Of a stretch of DNA of 64,000 nt, positions 28,753 to 38,626 are shown piece by piece (position 1 is the first letter of the stretch; every line of letters begins with the position of its first letter). Location of the stretch: contig JAUSCU010000077.1 in assembly GCA_030651065.1 (NCBI GenBank), positions 13,362 to 77,361 of the forward strand. The letters run 5' to 3'. Position numbers and translations under genes: made by a program. Origin of the DNA: Candidatus Omnitrophota bacterium (GTDB lineage Bacteria > Omnitrophota > Gorgyraeia > 1-14-0-20-64-10). The notes beneath the pieces are model-generated. The model worked only from the letters and a program-made list of their open reading frames with translations, did no database searches and was not told the DNA's origin.

Positions 28753-31557
28753 TCAGCCGGTGGACTTCATGCCGTAGGCGATGCCGTGGACGGTGAGCTT
28801 GAGCAGCTCCAGCCATTTCGGGTGCTGGGCGCGGTTCCGCCGGCGGCGGATCTCCCGCAGGCAGCGCACCTGCAGCGCGTGCAGCGGGTCCACGTAGGGG
28901 TTGCGCAAAAGAATCGAGTGGCGAAGCACCGGCTGGGTCTCGAGAAGGGCCTGATGACCGGTGATCTCCTGGAGGCCGTGGATCGCGCGGGTATATTCCG
29001 CCTGGATCTGGGGGAACACCCGCTCCCTCAAGGAGGACGGCTGCACGAGGCTCGCGTAGGCGCGGGCAATCTTGAGATCGGTCTTGGCGAGCGAGGCCTG
29101 CGCGTTTTCCCAAACCACCCGGGCGTACGGCCAGTCCCGCGCCATGCCGGCCAATTCCCGCAAGCCGGCTTCCCCGTGGCGGCGGCGGAACGATTCGATC
29201 GCCGAGCCGATACCGTACCAGGAGGAGAGCATGTGGCGGGATTGAATCCAGCTAAAAACCCAGGGGATCGCCCGCAGACCCTTGAGCGGAAAATTCTTGT
29301 TCCCTTTCGGCAGTGAGCCCGGCCGGGCGCCCGGCCGGGTGCCGGCCATCGGGGTTTCCAGGAAGATCTGGATCGGAGTCGCCTGCGCGTAGTACGGGAT
29401 GAAGTCCGGGTTCTCGAAGACGAACGATCGGTAGGCCGATTCCGAAGCGAGGGAAAGTTCCTCCATCATCCCTTCCCAGCGCTTGAGTTGGCGCTCCCCC
29501 ACGCGGGAGGCAGGACCCAGGTTGGCCAACAGCACGGCGCTAAGCATCTGCTCCAAGTTGCGCAGCGCGATCACCGGGTGGCCGTACTTGGCGGCCACCA
29601 CCTCTCCCTGCTCGGTGATCTTGATGCGGCCGGAGGGGGCGGCGAAAGGTTGGGCCAGGATCGCCCGGTGGCTTAAACCGCCGCCCCGGTCAATGGTGCC
29701 CCCCTTGCCGTGGAACAACACCAGCCGGATGCCGAAGCGCCCGGCCGCCCGGACCAGCCGGCCCTGGGCCCGGTAGAGGGCCCAGTTAGCGGCCAGGTAC
29801 CCGCCGTCCTTGTTGGCGTCGGAGTAGCCAAGCATCACTTCTTGATGATGGCCGCGCGCGGAGAGGTACCGCCGGTAGACCGGGTCTTTCCAGAGAACGG
29901 TCATCACCTCTTCGCTGCGGGCGAGGTCCGGGATTGTTTCGAACAGCGGCACCGCGTCGAACGTCGCCCTCGGCCGGCCGTCCTTGGGGAACAGGTCCCG
30001 CGCGAGGCCGGTCCATGCCGCCAGCGCCAACACCGCCAGGAAATCACTGGGCGCCTGGCTCATGCTGACCAGGTAGGTCCGGGCCAGGTTCGGGTCCAGT
30101 TCCTGGATCTTCTTCATGGTATGGAACTGGTCCAACACATCCAGCGTCACGGCGGAAACACGCCGGTGGTCGTGGGAGGCCGGTTCCCGGTGGGCCAGCA
30201 CCTGGCGCAGGCGCAGCACAGCCTGCCGCTTCCCTTCCGGCAGCGTCTTGTAATCCAACGGCCGCTTGAGGATCTTCGGAAGGATTTCTCCCACCGCCTG
30301 AAGGATCCGGTCCCGGTGCTCCCGGAATTCCAGCTGCGCCAAGTGGAAACCAAACGTCTCCACCTGCCGGATCAGCTGCTGAACCTCCCCCACCGCGTAG
30401 CGGCTCCCGCGTGCCTGGAGGCTAGACTCGACCAGCCGAAGGTCCTGCACCATTTTCTGAGGAGAGAGGTACCCTCCCGGCTGGCGCGCGGCGGATTTGA
30501 GCACCCGCGTGTGGATGAAGGAAAGCTTCTTCCGGTAGAGTTCCGATCCCTCGAACCGTTCCAACAGGCGGGCCATCTCGGGGAGTTCCCGCCGGTCCTT
30601 TTCTATCGAGGCCCGCAGCGCCGGGCTGACCGGCAGCAAGGTTTCCGCCTGGCTGAACTTCCGGATCAGTTCCTCCAGACGCTGCTGGTAAAACTGAAGG
30701 ATCAATTTTCGGTGGGCGACGGCCGTCGTCCAGGTGACTTCGGAGGTGACCGACGGGTTGCCGTCCCGGTCGGCGCCGACCCAGGAGCCGAACCGGAGTA
30801 GCGTCGGCACGGAGTTCTTGTGGGAAGGGTCCACCGAGCGGACCAGGTGGCCGATCCGCTCGTAGAGCTCCGGGATGAGCCCTAGGATCGTCCGCTCAAC
30901 GAAGAACAGGGTCTGCGACACCTCGTCGGCGACCTCCATCTTACGCTGCCGGGCCTCGTTGGTCGCCCAGAGGATCTCCAAGCTCTCACGGATCGCCCGC
31001 TCCTGCCGGGCCCGGTCCGACGGGGTCGCTTCCGTCTCGTGCCATTTCTCGAGCGCGGAAGCGATGTCCACCAGGTGGTCCATCGTCGTGCGCCGCCGTA
31101 CCTCGGTCGGGTGGGCGGTGAGCACCGGCATGACCTGCGCCTGTTTGAGCGCCCGCCGCAGCGCCGCGGGGCGCACCCCTTTGAGCCGGTGCGCGGTCCA
31201 GGCCAGCGACATCTCGAGGCTCTGCCCCGGCTGTGATTCGTACCAGCGGATCCGCCGGATCCGCTGCGATTCTTCCGCTACGTTGACCAGCTGGAAGTAG
31301 ATGGTAAAGGCGCGCGCTACCTTGAAGGCAACGGGATAGGAAAGCTTCTCCGTGAGCCGCCTTAGCTCCCGGACTTCGCCGGCTTGGGAGGCCCGGCTGC
31401 TCTTAGCCAGCTTGCGAATCCTCTCAATCACGCGGAAGAAGGAGACCCCCTCCTGCTCCTGGATGATCCGGCCCAGGAGGGAGGTCAGGAACCGCACATC
31501 GTTGCGCAGCGCCGGGTCCATGAAACGCCGCGGGTCGGCGGCGGGAGCGGCGCTCAC
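28753..31557 (-). CDS. ppc: Phosphoenolpyruvate carboxylase
   Basis: VLTAHPTE, DRDGNP, MLGYSD.NKDGG, LRAIPWVFSW. Confidence 0.93.
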   Translation of the reverse strand: MSAAPAADPRRFMDPALRNDVRFLTSLLGRIIQEQEGVSFFRVIERIRKLAKSSRASQAGEVRELRRLTEKLSYPVAFKVARAFTIYFQLVNVAEESQRIRRIRWYESQPGQSLEMSLAWTAHRLKGVRPAALRRALKQAQVMPVLTAHPTEVRRRTTMDHLVDIASALEKWHETEATPSDRARQERAIRESLEILWATNEARQRKMEVADEVSQTLFFVERTILGLIPELYERIGHLVRSVDPSHKNSVPTLLRFGSWVGADRDGNPSVTSEVTWTTAVAHRKLILQFYQQRLEELIRKFSQAETLLPVSPALRASIEKDRRELPEMARLLERFEGSELYRKKLSFIHTRVLKSAARQPGGYLSPQKMVQDLRLVESSLQARGSRYAVGEVQQLIRQVETFGFHLAQLEFREHRDRILQAVGEILPKILKRPLDYKTLPEGKRQAVLRLRQVLAHREPASHDHRRVSAVTLDVLDQFHTMKKIQELDPNLARTYLVSMSQAPSDFLAVLALAAWTGLARDLFPKDGRPRATFDAVPLFETIPDLARSEEVMTVLWKDPVYRRYLSARGHHQEVMLGYSDANKDGGYLAANWALYRAQGRLVRAAGRFGIRLVLFHGKGGTIDRGGGLSHRAILAQPFAAPSGRIKITEQGEVVAAKYGHPVIALRNLEQMLSAVLLANLGPASRVGERQLKRWEGMMEELSLASESAYRSFVFENPDFIPYYAQATPIQIFLETPMAGTRPGARPGSLPKGNKNFPLKGLRAIPWVFSWIQSRHMLSSWYGIGSAIESFRRRHGEAGLRELAGMARDWPYARVVWENAQASLAKTDLKIARAYASLVQPSSLRERVFPQIQAEYTRAIHGLQEITGHQALLETQPVLRHSILLRNPYVDPLHALQVRCLREIRRRRNRAQHPKWLELLKLTVHGIAYGMKSTG

Positions 31558-32165
31558 AGCGAACGCCGCCCTTCGAGCGCCCGGCCGAGCGTGACCTGGT
31601 CCGCGTACTCCACGCTGGACCCCATCGGGATCCCGAACGCGAGCCGTGAGACCTTGAGCGGAGGCTCCTGCTCTAGGGCTTTCAGCTCTTTGGCCAGATA
31701 GAGGGCGGTGGTCTCCCCTTCAAGGTCGGAGTCGGTGGCGAGGATCACCTCCCGGATGCCGCCGGCCTTGACGCGGGCCTTAAGTTCCGGGACCCTCAGG
31801 TCTTTCGGACCGATGCCGTCCAGCGGCGAGATCGACCCCAGCAGCACGTGGTACAGGCCCTTATAGCCGCCGCTCTTCTCCATCGCCCGGATCGAGCGGT
31901 GGTCCTCCACCACGCAGACGATCGACGGGTCCCGGCCGGGATCGCGGCAGAAGGTGCAGGTGTCGCCATCGGCCAGGTTGAAACAGGTGCCGCAGAAGCC
32001 GATCGCCTGCTTGACCCGGAGGATCGCTTCGCTGAGTTCCGCCGCTATGTTGGAAGGATGGCTGAGCAGATAGAAGACGTAACGCTCGGCGGTGCGGGGA
32101 CCAACCCCCGGCAGCTTGCGCAGCGCCTGGATCAGCGCCTCCATAGAAGCGGTGAGCCCGGCCAT
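31554..32165 (-). CDS. recR: Recombination mediator RecR
   Basis: LPGVGPRTA, C4 zinc finger, TOPRIM domain. Confidence 0.95.
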   Translation of the reverse strand: MAGLTASMEALIQALRKLPGVGPRTAERYVFYLLSHPSNIAAELSEAILRVKQAIGFCGTCFNLADGDTCTFCRDPGRDPSIVCVVEDHRSIRAMEKSGGYKGLYHVLLGSISPLDGIGPKDLRVPELKARVKAGGIREVILATDSDLEGETTALYLAKELKALEQEPPLKVSRLAFGIPMGSSVEYADQVTLGRALEGRRSL

Positions 32166-33754
32166 CAGCTTTCTCCCGGCAGCATCCGCCCTTCAAACAG
32201 CTCCAGCACGCTGTTCACGTAGCCGGAGTCCGGTTTGGGGGCCACAACCGGGGGAACCTCTTCCGAGATTTCGAAGACGCAGCGGACCGGGTGGCCCAGC
32301 AGCTCGCCCAGTGACTGCTCCACCAGCTGACGCGCGGTCAGCTGGCCCAGCTCCTGGCAGGAAAACTCCATCCCCTTCCCCAGACCGATCACCAGTTCAG
32401 ACGGATTACCGGACTTGAATGAGACCGGCTGCCCATGGCTCAAGTGCCCGGAGGTGCCCGCCTTTTTTTGATGAACAAGTTCCATGAGCGCCGGCCAGAC
32501 CGAGACGATCTTTTCGATGTCCGGTGAAGCGGGCACCTCTCTCTGCGCGGAGGACGGCTTCTGCGCTGCCGGCGGCGTGGGAGCCGGAGGAGTCCCTCCT
32601 CCCGAACGCAGCCGCTGGTCCAGTTTCTCCAGCCGGGCCACCAGATCCGCAACGCGCACTTGGGCGCCGGGGCTGCTCAACCGCACCAGCGCCATCTCCA
32701 GCGGGATACGCGGCTCACCGGCATGGTGCATCGTTTCCAACGCGCCGGAGAGCGTATCGGCAATGTCGGTCAGTTCTTCCGGCGTGAATTTCTCCGCCAG
32801 GACTTCCAGCTTCTTCACCGATTCCGGGTCCAGATCCTCAAACCCCAGCGTCCCCGCGCCGATCTTGACAACCAGCGTGTTCCGAACGAAAACCAGTAAC
32901 CCGAGGCCCCAGAGCTTCAGCTCCGTCCCGCTGTCGGCGCAGCGGGCAATGAGTTTCAGCAGGCGGACCGGCTCCCTGGCCTGGATCCCCTCCAGCGCTT
33001 CAACGAACAGGTCTTCCGGCAGCGTCCCCAGCAGAGTCTGGACGTCCTCTCCCTTAACCGCGCCGCCTCCTGCGAAGGCCGCCACCTGGTCCAAGATGGA
33101 CTCCGCGTCCCGCAGCGAACCGGAAGCGGCCCGGGCGATTCCGGCGATCGCCTCTTCGGAGATCTTCAGCTTCTCCTCCGCGGCCACCCCCTTGAGCTTC
33201 TCCGTGATCAGCTTCATCGGCAGCCGCTTAAACTCGAACCGCTGGCAGCGGGACAGGATGGTGGCCGGCACCTTGTGGGCGTCGGTGGTGGCCAGGATGA
33301 ACAGGATATGCGGAGGCGGTTCCTCCAAGGTCTTCAGCAGCGCGGCGAAGCCGGCTGGGGTGATCTGGTGCACTTCATCAATGATGTAAACCTTGTGGGT
33401 GCCGCTCGACGGACTGAACTTGGCCAGCTCCCGCAGCGCCCGGATCTGGTCAATGCCCCGGTTGGAGGCGCCGTCGATCTCCAGAACGTCGAGCGAGCGG
33501 CCTTCGGTGATTTCCTCGCACTGCTTGCATTTCAGGCAGGGCGCGGCCGTCGGGCCTTTCATGCAGTTGAGAGCCTTGGCGAAGATGCGGGCGGTGGAGG
33601 TCTTTCCGGTGCCGCGCGGGCCGGCGAACAGGTAGGCTTGCCCGATCTTCTTCTGCTGGATCGCGTTGGTGAGCGTGGTGACGATCGGTCCCTGCCCCAA
33701 CACCTCGGAGAAGGTCCTAGGCCTGTATTTTCTTGCCATCACCAGGTAGCTCAT
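32165..33754 (-). CDS. dnaX: DNA polymerase III subunit gamma/tau
   Basis: ARKYRP, GPRGTGKT, IDEVH, SRC. Confidence 0.95.
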   Translation of the reverse strand: MSYLVMARKYRPRTFSEVLGQGPIVTTLTNAIQQKKIGQAYLFAGPRGTGKTSTARIFAKALNCMKGPTAAPCLKCKQCEEITEGRSLDVLEIDGASNRGIDQIRALRELAKFSPSSGTHKVYIIDEVHQITPAGFAALLKTLEEPPPHILFILATTDAHKVPATILSRCQRFEFKRLPMKLITEKLKGVAAEEKLKISEEAIAGIARAASGSLRDAESILDQVAAFAGGGAVKGEDVQTLLGTLPEDLFVEALEGIQAREPVRLLKLIARCADSGTELKLWGLGLLVFVRNTLVVKIGAGTLGFEDLDPESVKKLEVLAEKFTPEELTDIADTLSGALETMHHAGEPRIPLEMALVRLSSPGAQVRVADLVARLEKLDQRLRSGGGTPPAPTPPAAQKPSSAQREVPASPDIEKIVSVWPALMELVHQKKAGTSGHLSHGQPVSFKSGNPSELVIGLGKGMEFSCQELGQLTARQLVEQSLGELLGHPVRCVFEISEEVPPVVAPKPDSGYVNSVLELFEGRMLPGES

Positions 33755-33794
33755 ACGATTCCCCTAGAATCCGAATTCGATTTTACGGAGTTAA

Positions 33795-33884
33795 CGGAGA
33801 GGCAGGGATTTGAACCCTGGGACCCGCTTTTGGCAAGTCAGCTCATTAGCAGTGAGCTCCGTTCGACCGCTCCGGCACCTCTCC
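33795..33884 (-). tRNA. tRNA-Ser(GCT)
   Basis: GGAGAGG acceptor stem, CTGCTAA anticodon loop, long variable arm. Confidence 0.92.
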
Positions 33885-33919
33885 TGAAAATGATTTTCTG
33901 AAAAAAAGAGGGATGAAAA

Positions 33920-34062
33920 CGCGCTCGGAGGGATTTGGCGCCCTACGGCCGGCTTCGCCGGCCTACGGGTCGGCCAACCGCCGCTTCAGGGGAAGTCGGC
34001 CCTCCCTATTCGGTTGGGCCTCCCTAGACAAAAACAGTCGCGGCTCCCTTCAAATCCCTCTG
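33920..34062. repeat. tRNA-Arg-linked structured element with duplicated tRNA 3' end
   Basis: cgcgctcggagggatttg at 33920-33937 repeats 34082-34099; inverted copy ttcaaatccctc near 34049-34060; internal hairpin ggccggc-ttc-gccggcc. Confidence 0.65.
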
Positions 34063-34081
34063 AATAGATAAAGAATGAATT

Positions 34082-34155
34082 CGCGCTCGGAGGGATTTGA
34101 ACCCCCGACACCCAGGTCCGCAACCTGGTGCTCTATCCAGCTGAGCTACGAGCGC
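34082..34155 (-). tRNA. tRNA-Arg(GCG)
   Basis: Minus strand GCGCTCG...CCAGG-TTGCGGA-CCTGG...TTCAAAT...CGAGCGCG. Confidence 0.9.
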
Positions 34156-34159
34156 AACA

Positions 34160-34203
34160 AAGTTTTATTCTATCACGTAGATTGGGTTGGTGTAGATCCA
34201 GGG
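34160..34203. repeat. 44-bp direct repeat, copy 1 (orphan copy of PHP gene 3' end)
   Basis: 41/44 identical to 38626-38669; encodes PWIYTNPIYVIE-stop on minus strand. Confidence 0.85.
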
Positions 34204-34208
34204 ACGAG

Positions 34209-35639
34209 TCAGCGAGAGGCGGAAGCCTCTCCGATGAGGGAGAGGTAGTTTTTCGCGGTCTCTTCCATAATGAGACCCTGAACGACAAGCTGCCGGAGGG
34301 ACTGCTCGATCGAATACATACCCTGAGTGCGGCCTGTTTGAAGCAACGTGAGGATCTGCTCAAGATTACCGCCGCGAATCATGTTGCGGGCGGCGCTGGT
34401 CGGGACAAAGACCTCCGTCGCCAGAGTGAGGTCGCCGCCCATCGCCTCCTCCTTCGGGATGAGGTATTGGGTGAGGATCCCTTGTAAACAGTTGGCCAAT
34501 TGAAGCGTGGCCTGGCGACGGGAACTCTCAGGACATAACCCGAGAAAGCGATCAATGGCCTGAACCGTATTCGTGGCATGGAAAGAGGCCAACACCAGCG
34601 TTCCCGTTTCCGCGGCGTTCAAAACCACCTGGACGGTTTCCGCGTCCTCCACCTCGCCGACCACAATGACGTCGGGGTCCTGCCGCAACGCGCGCCGGAC
34701 CGCCTCCGGGTAGGACAGCGTATCCGATCCGACTTCCCGCTGCTTGATCAAGGACTTCTTACTTTGATGGATGTACTCGATGGGACGCTCCAAGCAGATC
34801 ACCACGGCATCCCGTTCTTGGTTGATCTGATGGATCATCGCGTTCAGCGTGGTGGTTTTCCCGCAACCCGTTGGTCCAACGATGAGAATCAGGCCGTTGC
34901 TGCGGCGGCTCCATTCCCCCACAATGCTCGGCCGGCCCAGCGCCTTCCAACCTTCATGCTGAGATTGTATCAGTCGAATTGCCGCTTCCACATGGCCCTG
35001 CTGCCAATGCAGGTTAATCCTAAATCGCTTGTCGGAAGAAAGGGAAAAGGCGAAATCCAGTTCCCGGTTCTTCTCGAAAGCGGCGATTTGAGAATCCAGC
35101 ATGGTGCCGTAGATCAGAGCCTGGATCTCTCCGGGCTGAAAAACAGGCCACTTCATAGGAACCAACCGGCCTTTGACGCGAGCGTGAGGAACCTGATTGG
35201 TCGTCAAGTGAAGGTCCGAAGCCTTCATCTGGCAGAGCAGGTTAAGCAGCTCTTTGAGATCCAGCGTTTCCAAACGGCGGAGGACGGCCAACTGCTCCGG
35301 AGAAACCAGCGTCTCGAAAGCAACTCCCAGAAGATACTGGTGTCCGGTCTTCTCTTCCTGAACGCGGACGACCGGTCCCGTGGCCCGAATGTACTCCTTG
35401 GAACCGGGCAGCTCAATCTGGAGACGAACTTGGACAAGTGAGCCGAATCCAGCCGGCTGGCCGGTGCGCAGCAGGACTCCTCGAGAGCTGATGTCAACAG
35501 TGGTGGCGGGGTAAATGGAGCCCTCAGGGCGGCCGTTCTGCATGAGCTGGTAGGTGGCTTGACACCGAATGTTGGTCCGATGGATGGGACGGCGGTCCCG
35601 CGACGCACCCTGAGTGGGGGTTTTCCTTTTCTCTTGCAC
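34209..35639 (-). CDS. PilZ-domain / PilT-PilU-family ATPase fusion
   Basis: N-terminal RRPIHR and DISSRG; ASDLH, GPTGCGKTT, ALRQDPDVI.VGE; start uncertain (35639 or 35675). Confidence 0.85.
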   Translation of the reverse strand: MQEKRKTPTQGASRDRRPIHRTNIRCQATYQLMQNGRPEGSIYPATTVDISSRGVLLRTGQPAGFGSLVQVRLQIELPGSKEYIRATGPVVRVQEEKTGHQYLLGVAFETLVSPEQLAVLRRLETLDLKELLNLLCQMKASDLHLTTNQVPHARVKGRLVPMKWPVFQPGEIQALIYGTMLDSQIAAFEKNRELDFAFSLSSDKRFRINLHWQQGHVEAAIRLIQSQHEGWKALGRPSIVGEWSRRSNGLILIVGPTGCGKTTTLNAMIHQINQERDAVVICLERPIEYIHQSKKSLIKQREVGSDTLSYPEAVRRALRQDPDVIVVGEVEDAETVQVVLNAAETGTLVLASFHATNTVQAIDRFLGLCPESSRRQATLQLANCLQGILTQYLIPKEEAMGGDLTLATEVFVPTSAARNMIRGGNLEQILTLLQTGRTQGMYSIEQSLRQLVVQGLIMEETAKNYLSLIGEASASR

Positions 35640-35726
35640 GATCGGCAGTATGAACGACTCTTGAAATATTGTCAATACTGGACTGGAGATGTCGAGAATA
35701 ACGGAAATCTATTGTAGAATACCCAC

Positions 35727-36356
35727 ATGAAGCGAGCGCTCATGGTCCTAGCACTCCTATTGTTGCCGGCGATGGCGGCTCCCGCCGGCGAAGAAACGAC
35801 TCTCCGGGGGCGCGTGACTCTGGACACTGCCGCCGGACAGCCCAGAGCGAACGCTTCCGATGTGGTGGTTTTCCTGGAAAATGTGGAGGGAGCGCCTGCC
35901 TCCGAACCCCGTCCTGCCGAGATGCGCCAACTGGGCAAACAGTTTTCACCTGAAGTGCTTCCGGTGGTGGTGGGAACACAGGTTTCCTTCCCCAATCAGG
36001 ACAATGTTTATCACAACGTCTTCTCCCGGTCGAAAACCAAACCGTTCAATCTGGGGATGATTAAACAAGAAGACAAGCCCTCTCTCCGCTTTGATGCGCC
36101 CGGGCTCGTCAAAGTTTATTGCCACATCCACGCCCACATGGTCGGGTATATCCTGGTCCTCAACAACCCGTTCTTCGCGGTCACCGACGCGCAGGGCTCT
36201 TTCGAAATCTCCGGCATCCCTCCCGGCCAGTACACGGTCCGGGCTTGGCAACGTTTCGGCCCGGAGGAAACGGCGACGGTGCAGCTGGCCCAGGGACAGA
36301 CCCAAGATCTGGATTTTCACCTGAAAGAAGAAAATAACCTGATTTCCTCCCCATGA
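35727..36356 (+). CDS. Secreted cupredoxin-like / carboxypeptidase-regulatory-like protein
   Basis: Signal peptide; FPNQD..HNVFS; YCHIHAHM; GSFEISGIPPGQYTVRAW. Confidence 0.75.
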   Translation: MKRALMVLALLLLPAMAAPAGEETTLRGRVTLDTAAGQPRANASDVVVFLENVEGAPASEPRPAEMRQLGKQFSPEVLPVVVGTQVSFPNQDNVYHNVFSRSKTKPFNLGMIKQEDKPSLRFDAPGLVKVYCHIHAHMVGYILVLNNPFFAVTDAQGSFEISGIPPGQYTVRAWQRFGPEETATVQLAQGQTQDLDFHLKEENNLISSP

Positions 36357-38626
36357 AGACCCGGGGGAACCTCTTTCAAAAAATCAGTCTCAGCACTTGC
36401 GCTGTCCTCACGATGCTGGTGCTCAGCACGCTGATCTTCCTGGATGGGAGGCTGAAAGAGACCATCTCCGCTCGGACCCGGCAAAGCTTGCAGGATGGAC
36501 GCAGGACCGGTTCGGGTTTCCTCAATGACCGGTCGGAGCTGCTGCTCCTGAACGCCCGGGTCTTCGTCGAATCACCCCAATTCAAGAGCCTGCTGGCAAC
36601 ACCAGGCGTCGACCGCGAGACCATAGTATTCACGTTGCGGGAACTTTCCCAGGTGGCGGAAACAGACCTGCTGATGGTCACTGACGCCGGCGGGAAAGTC
36701 CTCGCCCGCCTCGATAAACCGGACCAATCGGGGGAAGACCTGGGCCGGCGAGCAGACATCCGTGAAGCGCTCCAGGGGAAAGAGTACGCCAGTTTTTTCG
36801 TGGAAGAGGAAACCCTCTATCAGGTCCTCACCTTACCTGTGATCTCCGAGGAGAGGCTCCAGGGCGCGCTTTCCATCGGATTCGCGGTCGATCACGACCT
36901 GGCTCAAAGAATACGGGAAATGACCGGCTGTGAAGTCTCCTTTTGGGCCGATGAAACCGTCGTGGCCCTGTCGGGAGGCGCGGATCAAAAGGACCGGCTG
37001 GAGAGGCGAGCCCGCAGCCATCCTGAAATCCTCTCCATCCCGGCAGACCGCGGGCCGCTTGATCCGCGGCCATTGGAAGAGGGCGGAAGACGATCCTTGA
37101 TCCTGGCCTGGCCGCTGGAGCACGGGCTGGGCTCGCAGAATTTGAACGTCGTCCTGGAATTGTCCCTCTCGGAAGCTTTGGCGTTTTATGAGCGCGGGAT
37201 CCGCCTCCGGTTGATCCTCATCGGGATTTTCTTGATGGTCCTCTCACTTGCCGCGAGCCTCTGGCTGGCCCAGAGCATCGCCAGCCCCATCCTGAGGCTG
37301 GCCACCGCCGCCGGCGAGATCGCCAAAGGCAACTTCTCGCAAAAGGTCCGGATCGAGTCCCAGGATGAGGTCGGCATCTTGGGGGAATCGTTTAATCGCA
37401 TGGTGGGGGACCTGCAGAAAACCCGCGACGACCTGCTGGCCTCCATCGACAAGCAAGGCACGCTGATGGACGCCCTGACACGGTCCGTCGCGTCCGAAAA
37501 ACAAAGAGCGCAGGAGCTGGAAAAAGCCCAGGAAGAGCTGACGATCTACTCCCGGGAGCTGGAGCAGAAAGTGGCCCAAAGAACCGGAGAGCTGGGCCAA
37601 GCGAACGATAATCTGACGTTCCGGTTGGACGAGCTCAAGCAGCGCAACCGGGAGATCACGCTGCTGAGTGAAATGGATGACATCCTCCAGGCCTGCATGA
37701 CAGCCGATGAAGCGTACACCGCCGTTGGCCGGACAGTCCACCAGATGTTCCCGGCCGCGTCCGGCGGGCTCTCCCTGATGGATAGTCAGAAGAGGGATCT
37801 GCTGAACGTCGTCATTTCCTGGGGAGAGGTCTTAGCGTCACAACCGGTTTTCACCTGGTCCCAATGCATGGGATTGAGACGCGGGCGGCTTCATTGGGTG
37901 GAGGACCCGCGTCTGGGCATTCCCTGCCCCCACCTCCCGAAAGAATCGAACGTCGCGTCCATGTGCGTTCCGATGATGGGACAAGGCAAGGCCTTGGGAG
38001 CCCTGCATTTGGTTTTTCCGCTGGGCACCGTGATCAGCGATGAACAGCGGCAGATCGCCGGAACGGTCACCAAGCACATCTCCCTGTCGCTGGCCAACCT
38101 CGGCCTGCGAGAAACGCTGCGGGAACAATCCATCCGCGACACGCTGACAGGCCTGTTCAACCGCCGATACATGGAAGAAACCCTTCACCTGGAGGTTGCG
38201 CGCGCCATCCGCAGCGAACGTCCGCTGGGAATCATCATGCTGGACGTGGACCATTTCAAACGCTTCAACGACACCTACGGTCATGACGGAGGGGACGCGG
38301 TACTTAAAGAAGTCGGCCTCTTCCTTAAAAAACAAACTCGGGAAGGAGACATCGCTTGCCGGTTTGGCGGCGAAGAGTTCGTTTTGATTCTTCCGGCCAC
38401 TCCCCTGGAGGAATGCCGCCAGATCGCCGAACAGATCCGCGAGGCGGTGAAGAAATTGGAAATCCGAAAAAATCAACAGGTGATGGAACCGATCTCTGTC
38501 TCACTGGGGGTTGCTGTCTTTCCGCAGCATGGGCGGACCGCGGAGTTTGTCCTCCAAACAGCGGATGAGGCCTTGTATCGCTCAAAGGAGGAAGGCCGTG
38601 ACCGTGTCACGGTAAGCGGCTCATGA
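36353..38626 (+). CDS. Membrane sensor diguanylate cyclase (Cache, HAMP, GAF, GGDEF)
   Basis: Two TMs; DEVGILGESFNRM; DTLTGLFNRR; I-site REGD; RFGGEEF. Confidence 0.92.
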   Translation: MKTRGNLFQKISLSTCAVLTMLVLSTLIFLDGRLKETISARTRQSLQDGRRTGSGFLNDRSELLLLNARVFVESPQFKSLLATPGVDRETIVFTLRELSQVAETDLLMVTDAGGKVLARLDKPDQSGEDLGRRADIREALQGKEYASFFVEEETLYQVLTLPVISEERLQGALSIGFAVDHDLAQRIREMTGCEVSFWADETVVALSGGADQKDRLERRARSHPEILSIPADRGPLDPRPLEEGGRRSLILAWPLEHGLGSQNLNVVLELSLSEALAFYERGIRLRLILIGIFLMVLSLAASLWLAQSIASPILRLATAAGEIAKGNFSQKVRIESQDEVGILGESFNRMVGDLQKTRDDLLASIDKQGTLMDALTRSVASEKQRAQELEKAQEELTIYSRELEQKVAQRTGELGQANDNLTFRLDELKQRNREITLLSEMDDILQACMTADEAYTAVGRTVHQMFPAASGGLSLMDSQKRDLLNVVISWGEVLASQPVFTWSQCMGLRRGRLHWVEDPRLGIPCPHLPKESNVASMCVPMMGQGKALGALHLVFPLGTVISDEQRQIAGTVTKHISLSLANLGLRETLREQSIRDTLTGLFNRRYMEETLHLEVARAIRSERPLGIIMLDVDHFKRFNDTYGHDGGDAVLKEVGLFLKKQTREGDIACRFGGEEFVLILPATPLEECRQIAEQIREAVKKLEIRKNQQVMEPISVSLGVAVFPQHGRTAEFVLQTADEALYRSKEEGRDRVTVSGS

